This document shows positions 24,310 to 38,519 of a stretch of 64,000 nt of DNA, piece by piece. The first letter of the stretch is position 1; each line of letters starts with the position of its first letter. The notes under the pieces were generated by a model. The model did no database searches and was not told the DNA's origin. It was given only the letters and a program-made list of their open reading frames with translations. Made by a program: the position numbers and the translations under genes. Source of the stretch: Podarcis gaigeae (lineage: Eukaryota); NCBI GenBank assembly GCA_964106915.2, contig OZ066916.1. One strand, 5' to 3'.

Positions 24310-25215
24310 CTGTTTGGATTTAAAATCAAAATGTTAACAACTCATTTTTTCCATTACTTCTCTTGAGACTTTCAAAATAAACCTTTAATGTAAAATACAC
24401 ACAAATATATACCTTAATAAAGCTATCATTCATTGTTTGTGTCCAGACTATTCCTTCTTGATTTTTGTTTGCTGGCTGAATATACCATGAAATCAACCAA
24501 AATCAGGATGATCTTGTGTTTCATCATCCATAACGTACTAAGAGCTAGTTGTGCACTTGAAAAAGGATCATGAAACAAGCCAGTGAGGAAGAACACCGTT
24601 CTTGGCTAGTTTATCCAAGTAGCTTACCATTTCCATTAGCATATAGCTGTACTAGGCATACAGGCAGAACTGGGGACGGGGGGACGGGGACAACTTTCAA
24701 CTATACATTTCCATACTGTATCCTTTAACCAGCCTAATTTGAAATACATTTAAGAGTTTGTGAAACTGAAAAATCCTTCATGTACATTAAGCAATGTACC
24801 ATAAGTACATTTGTACCATTTTAACAAATAAAGTTGGCCCATTTGAAGCATAGAGGAAGAACAGCAGCAACTGCTGAAAAGGCACCAGACTTACTGGTAT
24901 GTAGGGCTGCGTATGAAATGCCTGTGAGGGAATAGAAAACATTTTGATCTATATATTGCTATCTGACCAGAACCTGAATCTGACTACAGCTGGCTGATTA
25001 AGGCAGCATCTAGGTGTGTATCACAGAGCACTACAAAGGGCAGAACTATACGCTCTAATTTATATTCTCTGCATTAACAGAGAAAATAATTCAAAGCCAA
25101 TGAGGTTTGGATCTTGCAGTCAACTTGCCTTTTCCAAGGATGCTCCAGGCTTAGAAAGATAGAGCATAACAGTGTTAGAATCCAAAAGCAAAGAGGAAAG
25201 TATTAACAAACAAAC

Positions 25216-25401
25216 CTGGCTGCCACATTCTGTTGAAGTTTGGATCACCCTGAAAGTTGCCATGGTTGTTTGGACCAGGCTCCATGCCTGTCATCTCCTG
25301 GCCATTTGGCATCATCCCTTGCTGTTCCACTACACTCTGCTGCCCCGAAGCTTCTCGCTGAGCAATCCATGCTTGAGCTAATGCTGCCCAGTCAATTTGG
25401 C
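25216..25401 (-). CDS. PNISR: PNISR coding exon
   Basis: QIDWAALAQAWIAQREASGQQ...FNRMWQP; 186 nt; phases 1-1. Confidence 0.95.
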
Positions 25402-26722
25402 CTAGAAATAAAATTAGATTTTCAACGTACAGATTTCCATGGCAGAATTAGGAAGACATATTTGTCAAGCCCATCAGAACAGCACCTTATTCACATGTCA
25501 TAGGAAGTATATTAAAAGCTTCCTTTTAAAAGTGTCCTTCACATAATTTATATGCATTAATCTATTTTCTGTTTCAAATAAGGCAAATAATAATTAGATT
25601 TAGGCTGTAATCCTATATACACACACATAGAAATGAGCCCCAGTGAACACAGTGGGACTTCCTTCTTAAGACTGCACCTTAAGACTACCAAAACAGTTCA
25701 TTGTCCTATCACAGTTTCTTCCAATGCGCCATTTCAAAAATATCTAATAAACAGACTTTGTCAGCTGTATTCAGAGAATGAAACCTGTACTGGTACTAAT
25801 ACTCCAGTTGCTATAATGCGCATACATATTTAGCATGCATACTTAAGCTTCAATGGATTTAGTGAAACTTATTCCTGAATATGTAGGAATGGGCTGCACC
25901 CCTGAAATCCTGAACACACGCCAATTTTAATGGGATTTAAAGATTTAAGCAGTCTACCTGAAGGCTTGCAGCCTAAAAGGTTCAAATCAACATCACGCTG
26001 AAGTCAAGGGGAAAACTGCTGATGGATTTAAATGGATATGGTATGTGCCCATTTTTAATTGCAGCCTATCTTCTTTCTCCCATCTCCCAGAAGCTATTTT
26101 TTTTGGGGGGGGGATACTTTTCAGCCAGACAACCTAAATTTACTATCATTTTCAAGGCTGAAAGTTGCAATATTATTTTTGTGTACCCATGTTACCCAAG
26201 TAGGATTCATTGTAAGTATTCTATAGAGCCCGGGTCTTTAGTTAGTGCATTCTGATCTAATTGAGGAGTGCTGGTGCTGACCATAATAGTTTTAAAACAC
26301 AATAACAAATTGTCAACCAACCTACTTCAAGTCAACATACAAGAAATCAAAAGAAAGCAAATAAAATACTAACAGTTGTATTCAACCTAGTGTTACATGT
26401 ACAAGGTTTTCCACTTGTGCAATGGGATTCTCACCCTCTCGCCTTCCCGTGCCTCCCCAATTTATTACAGGGGTTCCCTCAATTTTCTGCAGATTTGGGG
26501 AGGCTGTGGGGTGCACGCAGTGGAAGATAGAGGGAGAAGGTTTTGTTGTGCTAATGAGAATCCTTGCACTGGTGGAACATGTTAGTTGCATGCTGCACTA
26601 TGGAACAGATTAGCTTGATTAATTCTGTAGCAGGTGAAAGATCATGTCCTCGTCAAATTCCTAAAATGCTAATTGCTGTGCTAGCTTTTATCTTGAAAGC
26701 ACTTTTCCAGCTATTCACTTAC

Positions 26723-26810
26723 TTGGATCTTGCTGGTGCTGAAATGACTGCATCCATTGCTGCTGATTCAAAGGCCACTGTTGCCAAGGCTGTCCGCTTT
26801 GATCCCACAT
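26723..26810 (-). CDS. PNISR: PNISR first coding exon
   Basis: MWDQSGQPWQQWPLNQQQWMQSFQHQQDP; ATG at 26810; GTAAGT donor; 88 nt. Confidence 0.96.
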
Positions 26811-28538
26811 CTTTAGTTCTTTATATATTCTACATTTAATCAAAAATAACAGTTGATGTTCGAGTTGAAGCTTCATGTGTTTAGAGCCATTTAACTCTTT
26901 CATAAGTCACAAATTATATTTTAAAATAAAATTAACTACCCAAACATTATCTCAAACAGATCAGGTAGCATTTCCATTTTGTTCCAATTTCTGGTAGCAT
27001 CCAGAAACACTTATATGCCAGACAATTGCAAATAACAGATTTGCCATTTCATATTGCAGGACTGTCATCAGTTGAGAAACAAGTAAACACTTCCAGAACT
27101 TTACACTTTCAGTAAACTGGTCAATTTAGATATTACATGAATTCCTAACAAAATTGTGAAGGAGAGTGAAACAACAATAAACACTTTTGGGAAATAAATA
27201 TATTGTGAAAAGATGTCTAGAAGAGTTGCCAAATCACAGGCATTGGCCCAGAAGTGCCTTCCAAAGAACCCCGGTCAAGAAAGATTAATTTAGTCTCTGT
27301 GACTAAACAGGTGATAACAAAAGTGTTCTCAAAGCACACTATGACTTTGAAGTGGCAACAAAAGCTAATTAATTATTGAGACTATAATGTATTATCATTT
27401 GCTTAAATAAAATTGCTAAAACTGCCAGAAAGCTATCAATATGCTTAAGAGACATGTTCCTTAGAAATACTTCTGGATACTACTGAAACATTCCTACTAA
27501 GTAGGATTCAACAAATATTTGTAACAAGATTATTACAATTTCAAAAATGAAATTATTATTATTATTAAACACAGACAAACTCATAACATGGGAAAGTGTA
27601 ACTTCCTTCCTTACAATTCTATGAACGCTACCCTAAGCAGTGGAAACTACTGAGGGAAATGCATATTTCTATTCTCCCAAGCAAACACTTTTTCTCATTA
27701 CCAGTCTGCTTGATCACTAAGGTCAACATCTGAGGCTCTTTCCCATGTGCTTCAATGCTGTATAGTAAGGCATGTGGCTACCAAGTACAAAAAGAGAACC
27801 GCCTGTTCACTGTTCACATGCCAACTTGCCTGTGGAATGTTCTCCCCAGGAATGCTCACCTGGCATTCACTTTGATGTCATTTTGGCACCAAATATTTCA
27901 CACACACCCTTCCAATCTTCCAACATATTTATTACACTCCACTGATTTTTTATTTTATTTTATTATTATTGTATTTAGGTGTTACATTACAGTACTGAAA
28001 TAAATTGTTGTATTATTTTCTAAGCTGCTCTGGGAATATATCCAGCATGGAAGGTGCTTGATATACATCTTTGAAATTATTATATACTGGATACGAAGAA
28101 CCATGAACAAGAGATTTGAAAAACAGCTTCCACAAAAATTCATATATAATAACAGGCATGGGGAGGAATTCAACACCATACAGTAATGTGATTTGTCTTG
28201 CCAGATGGAATGCTCCCCTCTAACACCCCTCAGCCAATTTTGGGGGGCACACAGTGGAGAGAGGGAGCCCTGTTGCACAAGCAGAAGTCCTTGCATGGGG
28301 CTTTCACTGATGAGACTCATTCATATGTTGAATCCCACCCTTGGTTTATACTATAGCAGTTCAGATGCATCCACTAAGAGGCTGCAGAAGCTCTTGTGCA
28401 AGCAGGTGAATTTACTTTTGCTTTCTTTGCACAACATTCCAGTGTGAGATGGAAGACAATTTTTCCATAAACAGTAGGAAGCCATCTTCAAATCCAACCA
28501 CTTGATTTTGCCTTCAGTGTTTCACAGAAGCCCTATAG

Positions 28539-28675
28539 CAGGAGTAGTCAATGTGGTGCCCTCCAGTTGTTGTCAGACTGCAACTCCCATCAACCTGACC
28601 ATTGGCTATAATGGTTGGGACTAATAGGAGCTAAAGTTCAACAATGTCTGGAGGGCACCACTTTGCCTACCCCTG
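28539..28675. mobile_element. Palindromic hAT-like MITE (ACTACAACTCCCATCA family; further copies at about 29868-30000, 50967-51090, 51634-51772, 58124-58263)
   Basis: CAGG...CCCTG termini; internal inverted repeat; 8-bp TSD CCCTATAG/CCCTAGAG. Confidence 0.7.
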
Positions 28676-29290
28676 CCCTAGAGTATTAGGGTACTAATCT
28701 ACATGCTTTATTAAGACTGGATTTGTTTCCACTTGACTGAATAGGAAATTACTTTACTAGATCTAGACATATTGTCCCTTCATGACCTATCCCTTCCATC
28801 TTTTGCCTTGTTTCTGAATGCCTTGCTCTTCTGGTGCAGCTAAGATACAATATTCCAGGCTTGAAGTTTACAAGGGGGAACCCCAATTCCTTCTGATGCA
28901 GTTGGATTTAGAATCTAGAAATATGCTAATGTTCAAACCATTCATATAAATTAAGACATGACCTATAGTTTCTGGGATTTTTAAACTTTTTGAACAAACA
29001 GAAGTGACAACAAACAATCTTATGATCATCTAGTAATACAAGAAAAGTTATGCCATTATATATTTACACATAAAATGTCTCACAGAACTATAAAATAGGT
29101 CTCTCCTTCATAAGTATTGTTGAATTCCAAATGATGTGAAATTTGAAATACTAGAACTCCTTCCGCTGGCTTACCAATTTCCAAAGTAAATTCTAAAAGA
29201 TTGCTATTGCCTAGTTTTTATTATGTTTTAATCCATTAGAGACCAATATCTTACATATATTAAGAAAAACAATTATATTTAATGGAATGT

Positions 29291-29330
29291 TGTTGTTTAG
29301 TCGTGTCTGACTCTTCGTGACCCCATGGAC
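29291..29330 (-). mobile_element. 40-bp BovB 3'-end insertion
   Basis: Matches the BovB tail; 11-bp TSD TAATGGAATGT (29280-29290, 29331-29341). Confidence 0.85.
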
Positions 29331-32300
29331 TAATGGAATGTACTTCCTAATAATTTTGGAAAAATATTTTACTATGTTTTTCTTTATCAGAGCATTCCAA
29401 ACAAAAATGAAAAAGTTGCCTTTTGATTCTTGCCTTCTCCTCTATTCACCTACTCTTCTTAGTATATAATTTCCAAGTGGAAAGTGTCAGTACAGAACCA
29501 CTGAAAAGCAACACTCTATCTTGCATGTGGCCCCAATTCTCATACATTCAGCTGAGATGGCACTGCAACAGAATAATGATGAATGAGTGGCGCAAGACCA
29601 CCCTCTCCTCCATGTATAACTGGCTCATCTGCTTAAGTTTGCATGGTGACATATTAATGTGACTTTATCCCTTCAAAAAGCAGGGGGAGCTCACAAGTCA
29701 AATGGGCATATGCAGAGAGCCAAGTTTGCACTAGAGACTGTTTATGTGTAGGCGAGGAGCAGCCGACATTGCTCCTCCACTGCTAAACTATTTTAACATG
29801 AGCCAGACAGTAAGTTTTCATCTATAAATATTCCCAAAATATGAATCATTTTCTTCTTCTGTACTAGGTATAGGGAAGTTTTCACCCTGCAGATGTTGCT
29901 GAACTACTACTTCCATCATCCTTAGCCATTGGTCATGCTTGCAGTGTTGATGGGAGTTCTAGTTCAGTAACATCTGGAGGCCCAAAGGTTCTCCACATCT
30001 GTTCTAGATCTTCTACCATTCAACATGCCTTATTTTTCAGTATTCTAAAATGATGCAATTGATACCTTTTTGATCTCAAATGCTTTACTTCTATTAATAA
30101 ACGTTTCAAAATTATTCTTTCTGCCTTTGAACTTGCATCCCCAAGCTGGCTACCTACTCTCAGCAGATGGGAATATGTGTGTAATTTCAGTAAAGGACTG
30201 AAAACAGATGACCAGTACATACTAAACATACATGACTCCAACACAATCTAACATATGTACTCTATATAGAAGAGGCTGCAATTTCCTGTTTGTTACTAGT
30301 ACCATGCTACATATATTTCACTAAGATCTTCAATAGGTGCCCCTATCATCTGAGGTGCAGCGGGTGGCTAAGGAAAACAACCTACTTATTTTTATTACAA
30401 TTGGAGTGCATAGCCCTCCAGTTGTAGAATGCTGTACCCAGGGAGCATTGCCTGAAAACGCCATGTAATTTCATGAGTAAGCAAATACCTATTTTCTGTT
30501 CAAGCCTTTTAATCCTATCTACATTACTTTTATGCTTTGGTGTTTGCTTTTATGCTGTTTGTTTATACTATGGCTTTTTAATGTTTTTAATTTTAATCTT
30601 TTATAAACTATCCTGGAGAACCGTAGAACAGATTTGACCTGAACTAAAATCTATTTAATGGAAAACACTATTTCCCCATATTCTCAGACACCAGTTTGAC
30701 TACACAGGATCATATGCAACAAGATACCTTCCTTGATTTCAGGCATTTAACAGATATATTTTACTTTTAAAGCCAAACTGGTCCTTTATATTTTTTATTT
30801 ATATTTCTTTAACTAATATCATATGCCTTGTATATGTCTATTTTGTCCTCTATTAAGCACAGTGAAAATTCCAACAAGCAAAATGTTGCTGAGAAGCCAT
30901 TAGAGCATTCCCAGAACACCCATCACAGTATAACTATGTCAGCTCCCAAAAGTAAACTGCAATTGGCAAAAATGTGGCCAAGGCTGATGTATGATTTTGC
31001 TGAAAAGTAAACTTGGGTGCAGATGTTTCACGCATTAGGTGTGTGAAGTTATTCACTGAAGTTCAAGCTTCAATGATTTCCAGAAGTGCAGCAAAGCCTT
31101 CCTGTCTGGAGTTTTGACAGCCAAAGTTTTGACACCCATGTGGCAATTTTAATTTCTAAATATTTTAACTAGATAGTCTGTTTTCACTTTATTTTCTTGA
31201 GCTGCTATTATTCATCCCAAACCTTTCAAAAGAAGTGGGACTTAAAACAAAAATAATTATTTAGACAATAGCTGGTACAGAGAGACATCTGGATGTTATC
31301 AACATAGATTACCCAACAATGAATTTTTGACTATGAGAGTATTTCAGTTTTCAGTGTATGTTGAGAAGTGTATGAAGTTGATAAGTATGTTTTAGTACCT
31401 TAGTTTCCCACCATAACCCCACTTATCTAGAAGTCTTATTGAATACAATAGGACCTACTTCTGAGCAGACTAAGTTAGAATTACATTATCAAAATAGCTG
31501 TATGATTTGAACACTATATGTTAGCATGGACAAGACAAGTCCTTTTGTACATATTCCTGAACACTGCATTCTACATGCATTTCCATCAATAATGTAACTG
31601 GTTCCATGCATACTGAAGCTTCTTTTCCATGAAATATTTACACTCAGGCCATCCAGAGTTGGTATACAGTGGGGACTAAGAACTGTCAACTGTGAATTCC
31701 CTGTTTAAAATCTCAAAGCCATTAACTCAGCTGGTAGCATTCAGCAAAATTGCTACTCTCTCTTCTTCCCATCTACAATGTCAAAATACTCTCCTACATT
31801 ACAGAATCTTTATTAGGATTACTTAGATAGTGCATGTAAAACCACTTCAATTGCTAAATACAAAAGCTTAGTTCCTACCCCAATGTTTTGTGTACACAAT
31901 CACAGATTTTACTGCTGTGAAGCAAAATGAAGTAGAGTGCTTCAGTTAGCACACATACTTTCATAGCAAAGATGTAAAAGGCTGCAAATTACCGGTAATC
32001 CTAACCATGATAATCTTTTATTTATTTCATTTATAGTTCAACTTTCTTCCGTCATGGAACCCAAATCATTATACAGAAAGTTCCCAGACTGTCTCCCATC
32101 CCGGCACTGATTATTTATTGCGTTTATATCCCACGCTTACTCCCCAAGGGACCCAGGCAGGCAAATAAGATACACAACTTAAAAACAAAAAGCCAAAACA
32201 TCCTGAAAACAATCAGTTAAAAAATCTCATGTATCAAAATCCAGGGTAAATAGGTGCGTTTTCAGCATTTGTCAGAAGCTGCATAATGAGGATGCCAGAA

Positions 32301-32699
32301 TAATGAGAAGATAACACAACTTCAGGGTTGCCACAGAAAATATGTTCTGCCACCGCTCCTCTTTGAGCATCTGGGAGCTAAGGAAACACCAAGGGGGCTC
32401 CCCCTCTGCCGATCTGTGCAAGATCCGTGAGGTTAGAGCTGCCTTCCCGAGCCTCAATGCTTGCGGCTAGGCCTCACTAAACTGAACAATGCTTACTGCC
32501 ATGTAAACATGTGCAGGGTACTGTTGAAAAACATTATCACAGTTCAAATGAATAACTGCAAGAATTTGACAAACATTTTTGGGCCAGACGATTATGTAGC
32601 GAAGTATGAATTGCTTTACACGAGGGGAAAACCCACTTAGCTTAAAAAGCATCTATACCCATTAGGGCAACTATCAGCCAGTAATCCTATATCATAAAA

Positions 32700-33960
32700 A
32701 CGCCTCTCGAGCCAATGGGCGTGACTGACTCCATCCCTTCCCTCCAGGCACCACGACCAACAAAACCACCACCGGCCCCAAACGTCAAACCCCATATATT
32801 TCATTCCGATCAACCGGGAGCGCACCGGCGCATGCGCATTATGGATTCGTAACGGGTTTTAATCTCAACCCGCCCGTTCAGTACCACAGCTAGGACAACG
32901 GCGCATGCGCAAAAGGGGGTGGGTACGTGAGGGGTGGGGGAAAGAGAACCTCGAGAAAAAGGGGTTACGTGCAGTAAATAAGCGCCCGCTGCGAGTCAAC
33001 CACTGTGGGGGATTCGAGAAGGGCGAATCCCTCCACGCTTCTTCACATGGGCCCAGAGGGCAGACCCCTCCCCGCCCCCACCTTCTCAACCGCCCCGGCT
33101 GCTGGGACAACAGCGCCGAGCCCTGGCGCGCCCCCTGACGGCGAAGGGAAAGGCGCCCCAGTCCTTCAGCGGCGTCGAGCGTCTTTTCAACGGCAGCCGC
33201 CCTGTGGGCCGTTACTCACCCCCTCCCGCTCCTTCCCCGCCGACCGGCGGCACTAGCAGCTCTTGGGCTGCCTCCGTCTCTCCGGTAGGCTTTTTTCCCG
33301 AACCACACAAAATGGCGCCCGCTAGGACTCACCCGGAACAGAAACTCACGTCACTGGAACCCGCTGGAGAAAGCGGTCCGACCGCCATCTTTGGTAAGGG
33401 CAGACGCGGCTCTTGAAAGAATCCCTTAACGAGAAGTGGGCGGGGGGGGGAGGTTAGCCATTTAGGGGCTAAAAAAGTCCCACTATTGACAAAGAGAACA
33501 CGGGTCCTCCGAAATATATGCTAGGAAGAGGAAAGAGTTCTTTCATGTCTGCTGGTTTTAATTTCAGTCTGCTCTTCCCCGCCACCGACACACACCTTTT
33601 AGGGTTCAGATTAAGTTTATTCCGCTGGCGCCATTTTTAGGAAGGGCGCAACGCCCTTTCTTCCGCTCTTGGCATTTCCGCCTCGAGACGAGGCTTGGGA
33701 AGGGCAGCGGCGCGTGCCTGGTGGCTCTAAGGTGTGTTCCTGGGTCGCTGGCAAGAAAGCCAGTGGAGCTGCGCATGCAGAACGGAGGATCAGTGAGACC
33801 GTTTCGCATTTCGAGACTGCTGCGAATAAGGATGAACCCAGTGGATGGTCCTTGCAAAATTAAGACATGCCTCACGCTCCTTTACCCAGAAATAAATTCT
33901 ACACTGAATGGTATTATTTCTAGGTGAGTGCGCATAAGGTTGCAAACACGACAAATGAAG
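32700..33960. promoter_or_regulatory. PNISR CpG-island promoter and non-coding exon 1 (donor GTGAGT at 33219, minus strand)
   Basis: CpG-rich; YY1-type AAAATGGCG (33309) and CCGCCATCTT (33382); NRF1 GCGCATGCGC at about 32828 and 32902; GC box at about 33437. Confidence 0.85.
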
Positions 33961-34013
33961 TAGTCGGAGTGACCTACATCTAACGCCGCCCTAAACTGCA
34001 ATTATAAACATTT

Positions 34014-34391
34014 TTTGTTGTTGTTTAGTCGTGTCCGACTCTTCATGACCCCATGGACCAGAGCACGCCAGGCCCTCCTGTCTTCCACTGCCTCCCACGC
34101 CTCCCGCAGTTTGGTCAGACTCATGTTTGTAGCTTCGAGAACACTGTCCAACCATCTCGTCCCCTGTCGTCCCCTTCTCCTTGTGCCCTCCATCTTTTCC
34201 AACATCAGGGTCTTTTCCAGGGAGTCTTCTCTTCTCATGAGGTGGCCAAAGTATTGGAGCCTCAGCTTCAGGATCTGTCCTTCCAGTGAGCACTCAGGGC
34301 AGATTTCCTTCAGAACGGATAGGTTTGATCTTCTTGCAGTCCATGGGACTCTCAAGAGTCTCCTCCAGCACTAGAATTCAAAAGCATCAAT
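34014..34391 (-). mobile_element. RTE-BovB LINE 3' fragment
   Basis: ORF RVPWTARRSNLSVLKEI..LEGQILKLRLQYFGHLMRREDSLEKTLML..RRRGRQ..RWLD..DRRAWRALVHGV.KSRTRL; (CAA)n tail. Confidence 0.95.
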
Positions 34392-34856
34392 TTATTTAGA
34401 AATAAAAATCTGTGGCAGTGAATGTGACGTGCTGCTCGTTTCCATGCAAGTTTGCTTTGCAGTTAGTCCCGCTGAATTTGAGTGCAACCTACTTCATAGT
34501 AAGTATACAGGTCATCGCAGCTTTATGTCCAAATAAATATGCCCAGAATTTGTGGGTGCACTGCAGCCACAGCCTTCTTATCTAGATAAAACCCACAGAA
34601 CTCTTTAAAACTCTTCTTATCTACATAAAACCCACAGAACATTTAACTGCAATCTTGTGCATTCTTATCTGAAATAGATTTATTAAACGCAATACTTTTA
34701 ATCATTAATTTATATCCCACCGTTCCTTAAATTAGCCCATCCTTTCCACAACCCTGCAAGGAACGTTAGGCTAAGAGATGTGCCTGGTGCAAGCAAGACT
34801 GTTGAGTGATGAGTTGAAGCCTGGTTTCCCAGATCCTAATCTGACACTCTTAACTA

Positions 34857-35065
34857 CAGTGGTACCTCTGGTTAAGAACTTAATTCGTTCTGGAGGTCTG
34901 TTCTTGACCTGAAGCACTACTTTAGCTAATGGGGCCTCCGGCTGCCGCTGCACCACCAGAGCACGATTTCTGTTCTCATCCTGAAGCAAAGTTCTTAACC
35001 CGAGGTACTATTTCTGGGTTAGTGGAGTCTGTAACCTGAAGCGCTTGTAACCCAAGGTACCACTG
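34857..35065. mobile_element. Related Tc1/mariner MITE inserted in a decayed tRNA-SINE
   Basis: TA|CAGTGGTACCTC...AAGGTACCACTG|TA; flanks resemble an old Squam3/MIR-like SINE. Confidence 0.8.
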
Positions 35066-38000
35066 TACTATGCTATGCTATACTGATTCTGAGCAAATAT
35101 GCATAAACTCATGCTGTATTCAAATTATGTTAATGTATTTTCACATTCTGTGATGGAAGGGGTTTGCATGATGTGGGTGTGTCCCTCTGCTTAGTCCTGC
35201 CCAGCTCTGTCATGAGGGAAGCTGTAGCAATAGGCCAGCTGAAGCCACTGCCAGCAGCAAAAGAGTATCTGGTGCAGCAAAAGAGTATCTTTCCTACCTT
35301 CCACCTTGTCTGGTATGAGCAGCAGAGCTGTGCTGCTCCATCAATCCCTGCCATTGTTGGCCAGGGACTTGGAGCTTATGGGTAGGAAAGGACCCTGATC
35401 CAATCTACCTCACATTCCATTAGTTTCCACCTGGTTATTGGAAACTTTACAACTCGCAGAACAGGCAAGTAGTAAGGGGCAAACTGCAGAGCACAGCATC
35501 ATTCAAAAAGACATAACATAGCTCTAACCATCTGCAGCTGGATCTCAAGAGGTGCATGTGCCAGATTGCCTGCCTGTGTCTCTTCTCTGACTCCTCACAG
35601 TGACAGCACTTAACCAAAGCAAAGATAAGGGAGATGATGCTGGGGACACATCAAACAAGGCTGACAGCCACACCCATCCCATGAGCTCAATAGTAAAAAG
35701 AATCATTTGGCAAGTTAGGGAAGGCATGATCCCCCACCCGACTTAGTGAAATCAAACACAATAATCTGTTTAACATCTGACATTCATTTCTGGAAATTTC
35801 CCACTATTATTTTCCAACATCTTAAATATGAAACACACCTCAGAGAAGGGAACGATAGATTCTGGGTAAGCTGTGGGTTCAAAATAAGCCCTTTCCCATC
35901 CTAAAGTGGGGTGACTTTAATGAACCCACATACTGAATAAAGTAAGCTTGGAGAAAGAATAATTTAGAAACCAGAATATGACACCAGATTTCAGTTAATT
36001 TATCTTACCCCTTCAAATAAATGTAAACTGAACATTTTTCTCAACTTGTGTGCTGACTTTTATGTTTTATTTTGACAATCAAAAATAAACAAGTGTTTTT
36101 GTATCCCAATGGTATATATTTAGCAGACATTTTCATATTTTGCCTCCATTCAATTAAATACATATTCCTGTTTAACATTCTCTATACATTTTATACATAA
36201 AATATGTAAAAATACAGTAATAGGTTCATTTATTGCACATACAAAGTAAATTATGCTTGCATTTCTCTTTGCTCTGCAATATATTATTGGCCTGAATATT
36301 TTAATATAATCCAAGTCTACTAGTATACTGAAATATTAAGGAATAGAAAATCTGTTATTCATAGTGCATTCTAAATTTATTCTAAGTATCTGCCTCACAA
36401 AGTTCCCTGGTTTAATCTATCATATGTAAACCATTGAGGAAAAATATAAAATATTTCATTTCGAAATTAAGTATTTTGAAATTCTAGACTTCTTTTCAAC
36501 ACACTGCTGTTCCCCACAGGCAAATCAAGTTCTCATTGTGCCTTATACATAAAACTCACAGCGACTCTTGAGTTGCTAAGCGAACACCTTGGGAAGTACT
36601 GGCCTGAAATTTTGTAGCCTAAATTCCAATAGATCCAGGTTTTACAGTGTGCAGTTCCAAGATTTAGCCAGAAGATGGTGCAACTTGCACTGCTCAGTTA
36701 CCATACTGTGGTCGTATCAGATTTCCTTCTATGGTGCCTCCTTATCTGAGGAAGTGTTTTACAGTCAGGGGACTGATTTCAGTCTGAACCACAACCACAC
36801 TAACATGGGCATGCAAGTATAGAGAAAAAGAAGTCGAAGGTCAGGAGCCATTTCAAAAGGCTGAAAAGGTTGAAACGCATGGGGGGGAAAGCAAAGAGGG
36901 AGAGGGAGAATAAGTGATGGTGGAGCGTGTCTGTTATTGGGATACTGAATTCTAATTCTAGGGCTGAATATAAATACAAGAGGTGAAAACCTGAGGTAGT
37001 ACAAGGAGATTGCAAGGGAGATTCGGGCAGAGATCTTTTCCAAAAATCACAGAAAACCACTCAACTATGATAGCTCCAGAAGTAGATAGCTAATTCGGCT
37101 TTTGTAGCATGAGCAGAACCCACACACTGTTCATTTGCTATCATGAGCCAGCCAAAGCGAAGCATATTTAAAGCCCACTGATTTTAATGTGAGCATTAAA
37201 AAAGTGTAGTTAACTCCCTTTTAATTTGACAGAATTTAACTTTGGGTTGCGTGAATTTTAAAGGATGCTTTTTAGAAAGGTGCCACTGAATTTTTTTAAT
37301 ATAATGTCTTTATTTCATGTAGAAACCAAAACATAAATCACATTCCAGAGCTTGTGTATGCATTCTTCAGAACTCCCGTACCAATGAATAGGTACCATTT
37401 CCTTTCAGTGTAAGAGGTTTTAACCCCTATTGAAACAGATAACAAATTCCTGTATGCACTTGAATCTTCATGTCTTATCCCCAAAGTGCTGGAATGCAGG
37501 ATTTAAAATAAATTCTGGATATGATTGTGCATAAAAGGGTACATCTGAGTAAGCTACATTGTTCTAAATGTGCATGGGTGAGTGATGGATTTGTTGGGAT
37601 AGATACGTAATCTGGAAATGATCACTCACTGAAACTGATTAATTTACTTTAAATTATCAGATTAAATGTGGATCATCATGGATTACTACAGGTCACAACA
37701 ACTCTCTCTCCAGTGCTGGGATTATAGCATAATATCAATAAATTATCATTAAAATTGGAATTAGTGAGGTGGGTATGGAGACATTCTGGATGTATTCTGC
37801 AAGAAATTACTCAGAGATAGATGGATACGTATGTGCATGACACACTCACTGCTGTCCCATTATACAGCTTGTTAAATTGACTCTTTTGTTTTTAGCAGGC
37901 AGTGGGTTATATCCAACAGTGTTGCTCTGCTGGTAAGCAAAGCTGCTGTTACTGGAAAGGGAAACAATTTCCCATGATTCCTCCTCCCTCTTGCAGCCCC

Positions 38001-38519
38001 TTACTTCCCTTAAATATGCTCTGGAAGCCCCCCCCCCCCCACGCCAAACTGCTTTCCTCCCCATTCCATTGATGGAAGCCTTACCATCGGCTAAGACACA
38101 TAACTGGCTGGAACCCAATGGCTACAATTTAAAGAGTATCCTAGAATATGAGGGGTTCATTGCACAGGAGAAACCTGGATTGTCCTGAAGCTGAAAAGGA
38201 GCATCCACAAAGAGATTATAATTTTTCTTTAAAATTCTCCAAGTCCTAAAAGTAGATCATGTGGTGCACAGGTAAAAAATAAGAAGTAAAAAAACTGCAT
38301 TTCACATGTGGAGCTAGTCCCACTGTCCTCTGTACAATAGAAATAATATGGATTTATGCATATTGAGGACAGTTATAAACAGCAGCCCTGATCCTTTGTA
38401 AGAGACAGCAATATACCCCCACCCCCATATTTAATAGAAAAAAAAGTTGAGTACAGTCGGGAGTGTATATATTGTGTAAATCACAGAAACTAAGAAAATG
38501 TATAATTATAAGTTATCCA

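Noticed and set aside
30066-30153. Possible non-coding PNISR exon 2
   Set aside because: An AG and an AAG|GTATCA site exist but are weak; cannot be supported without transcripts.
34575-34640. Short local duplications (also at about 1632, 15421, 20100, 35253, 57281)
   Set aside because: Ordinary slippage or repair duplications of 13-27 bp, with no further structure.
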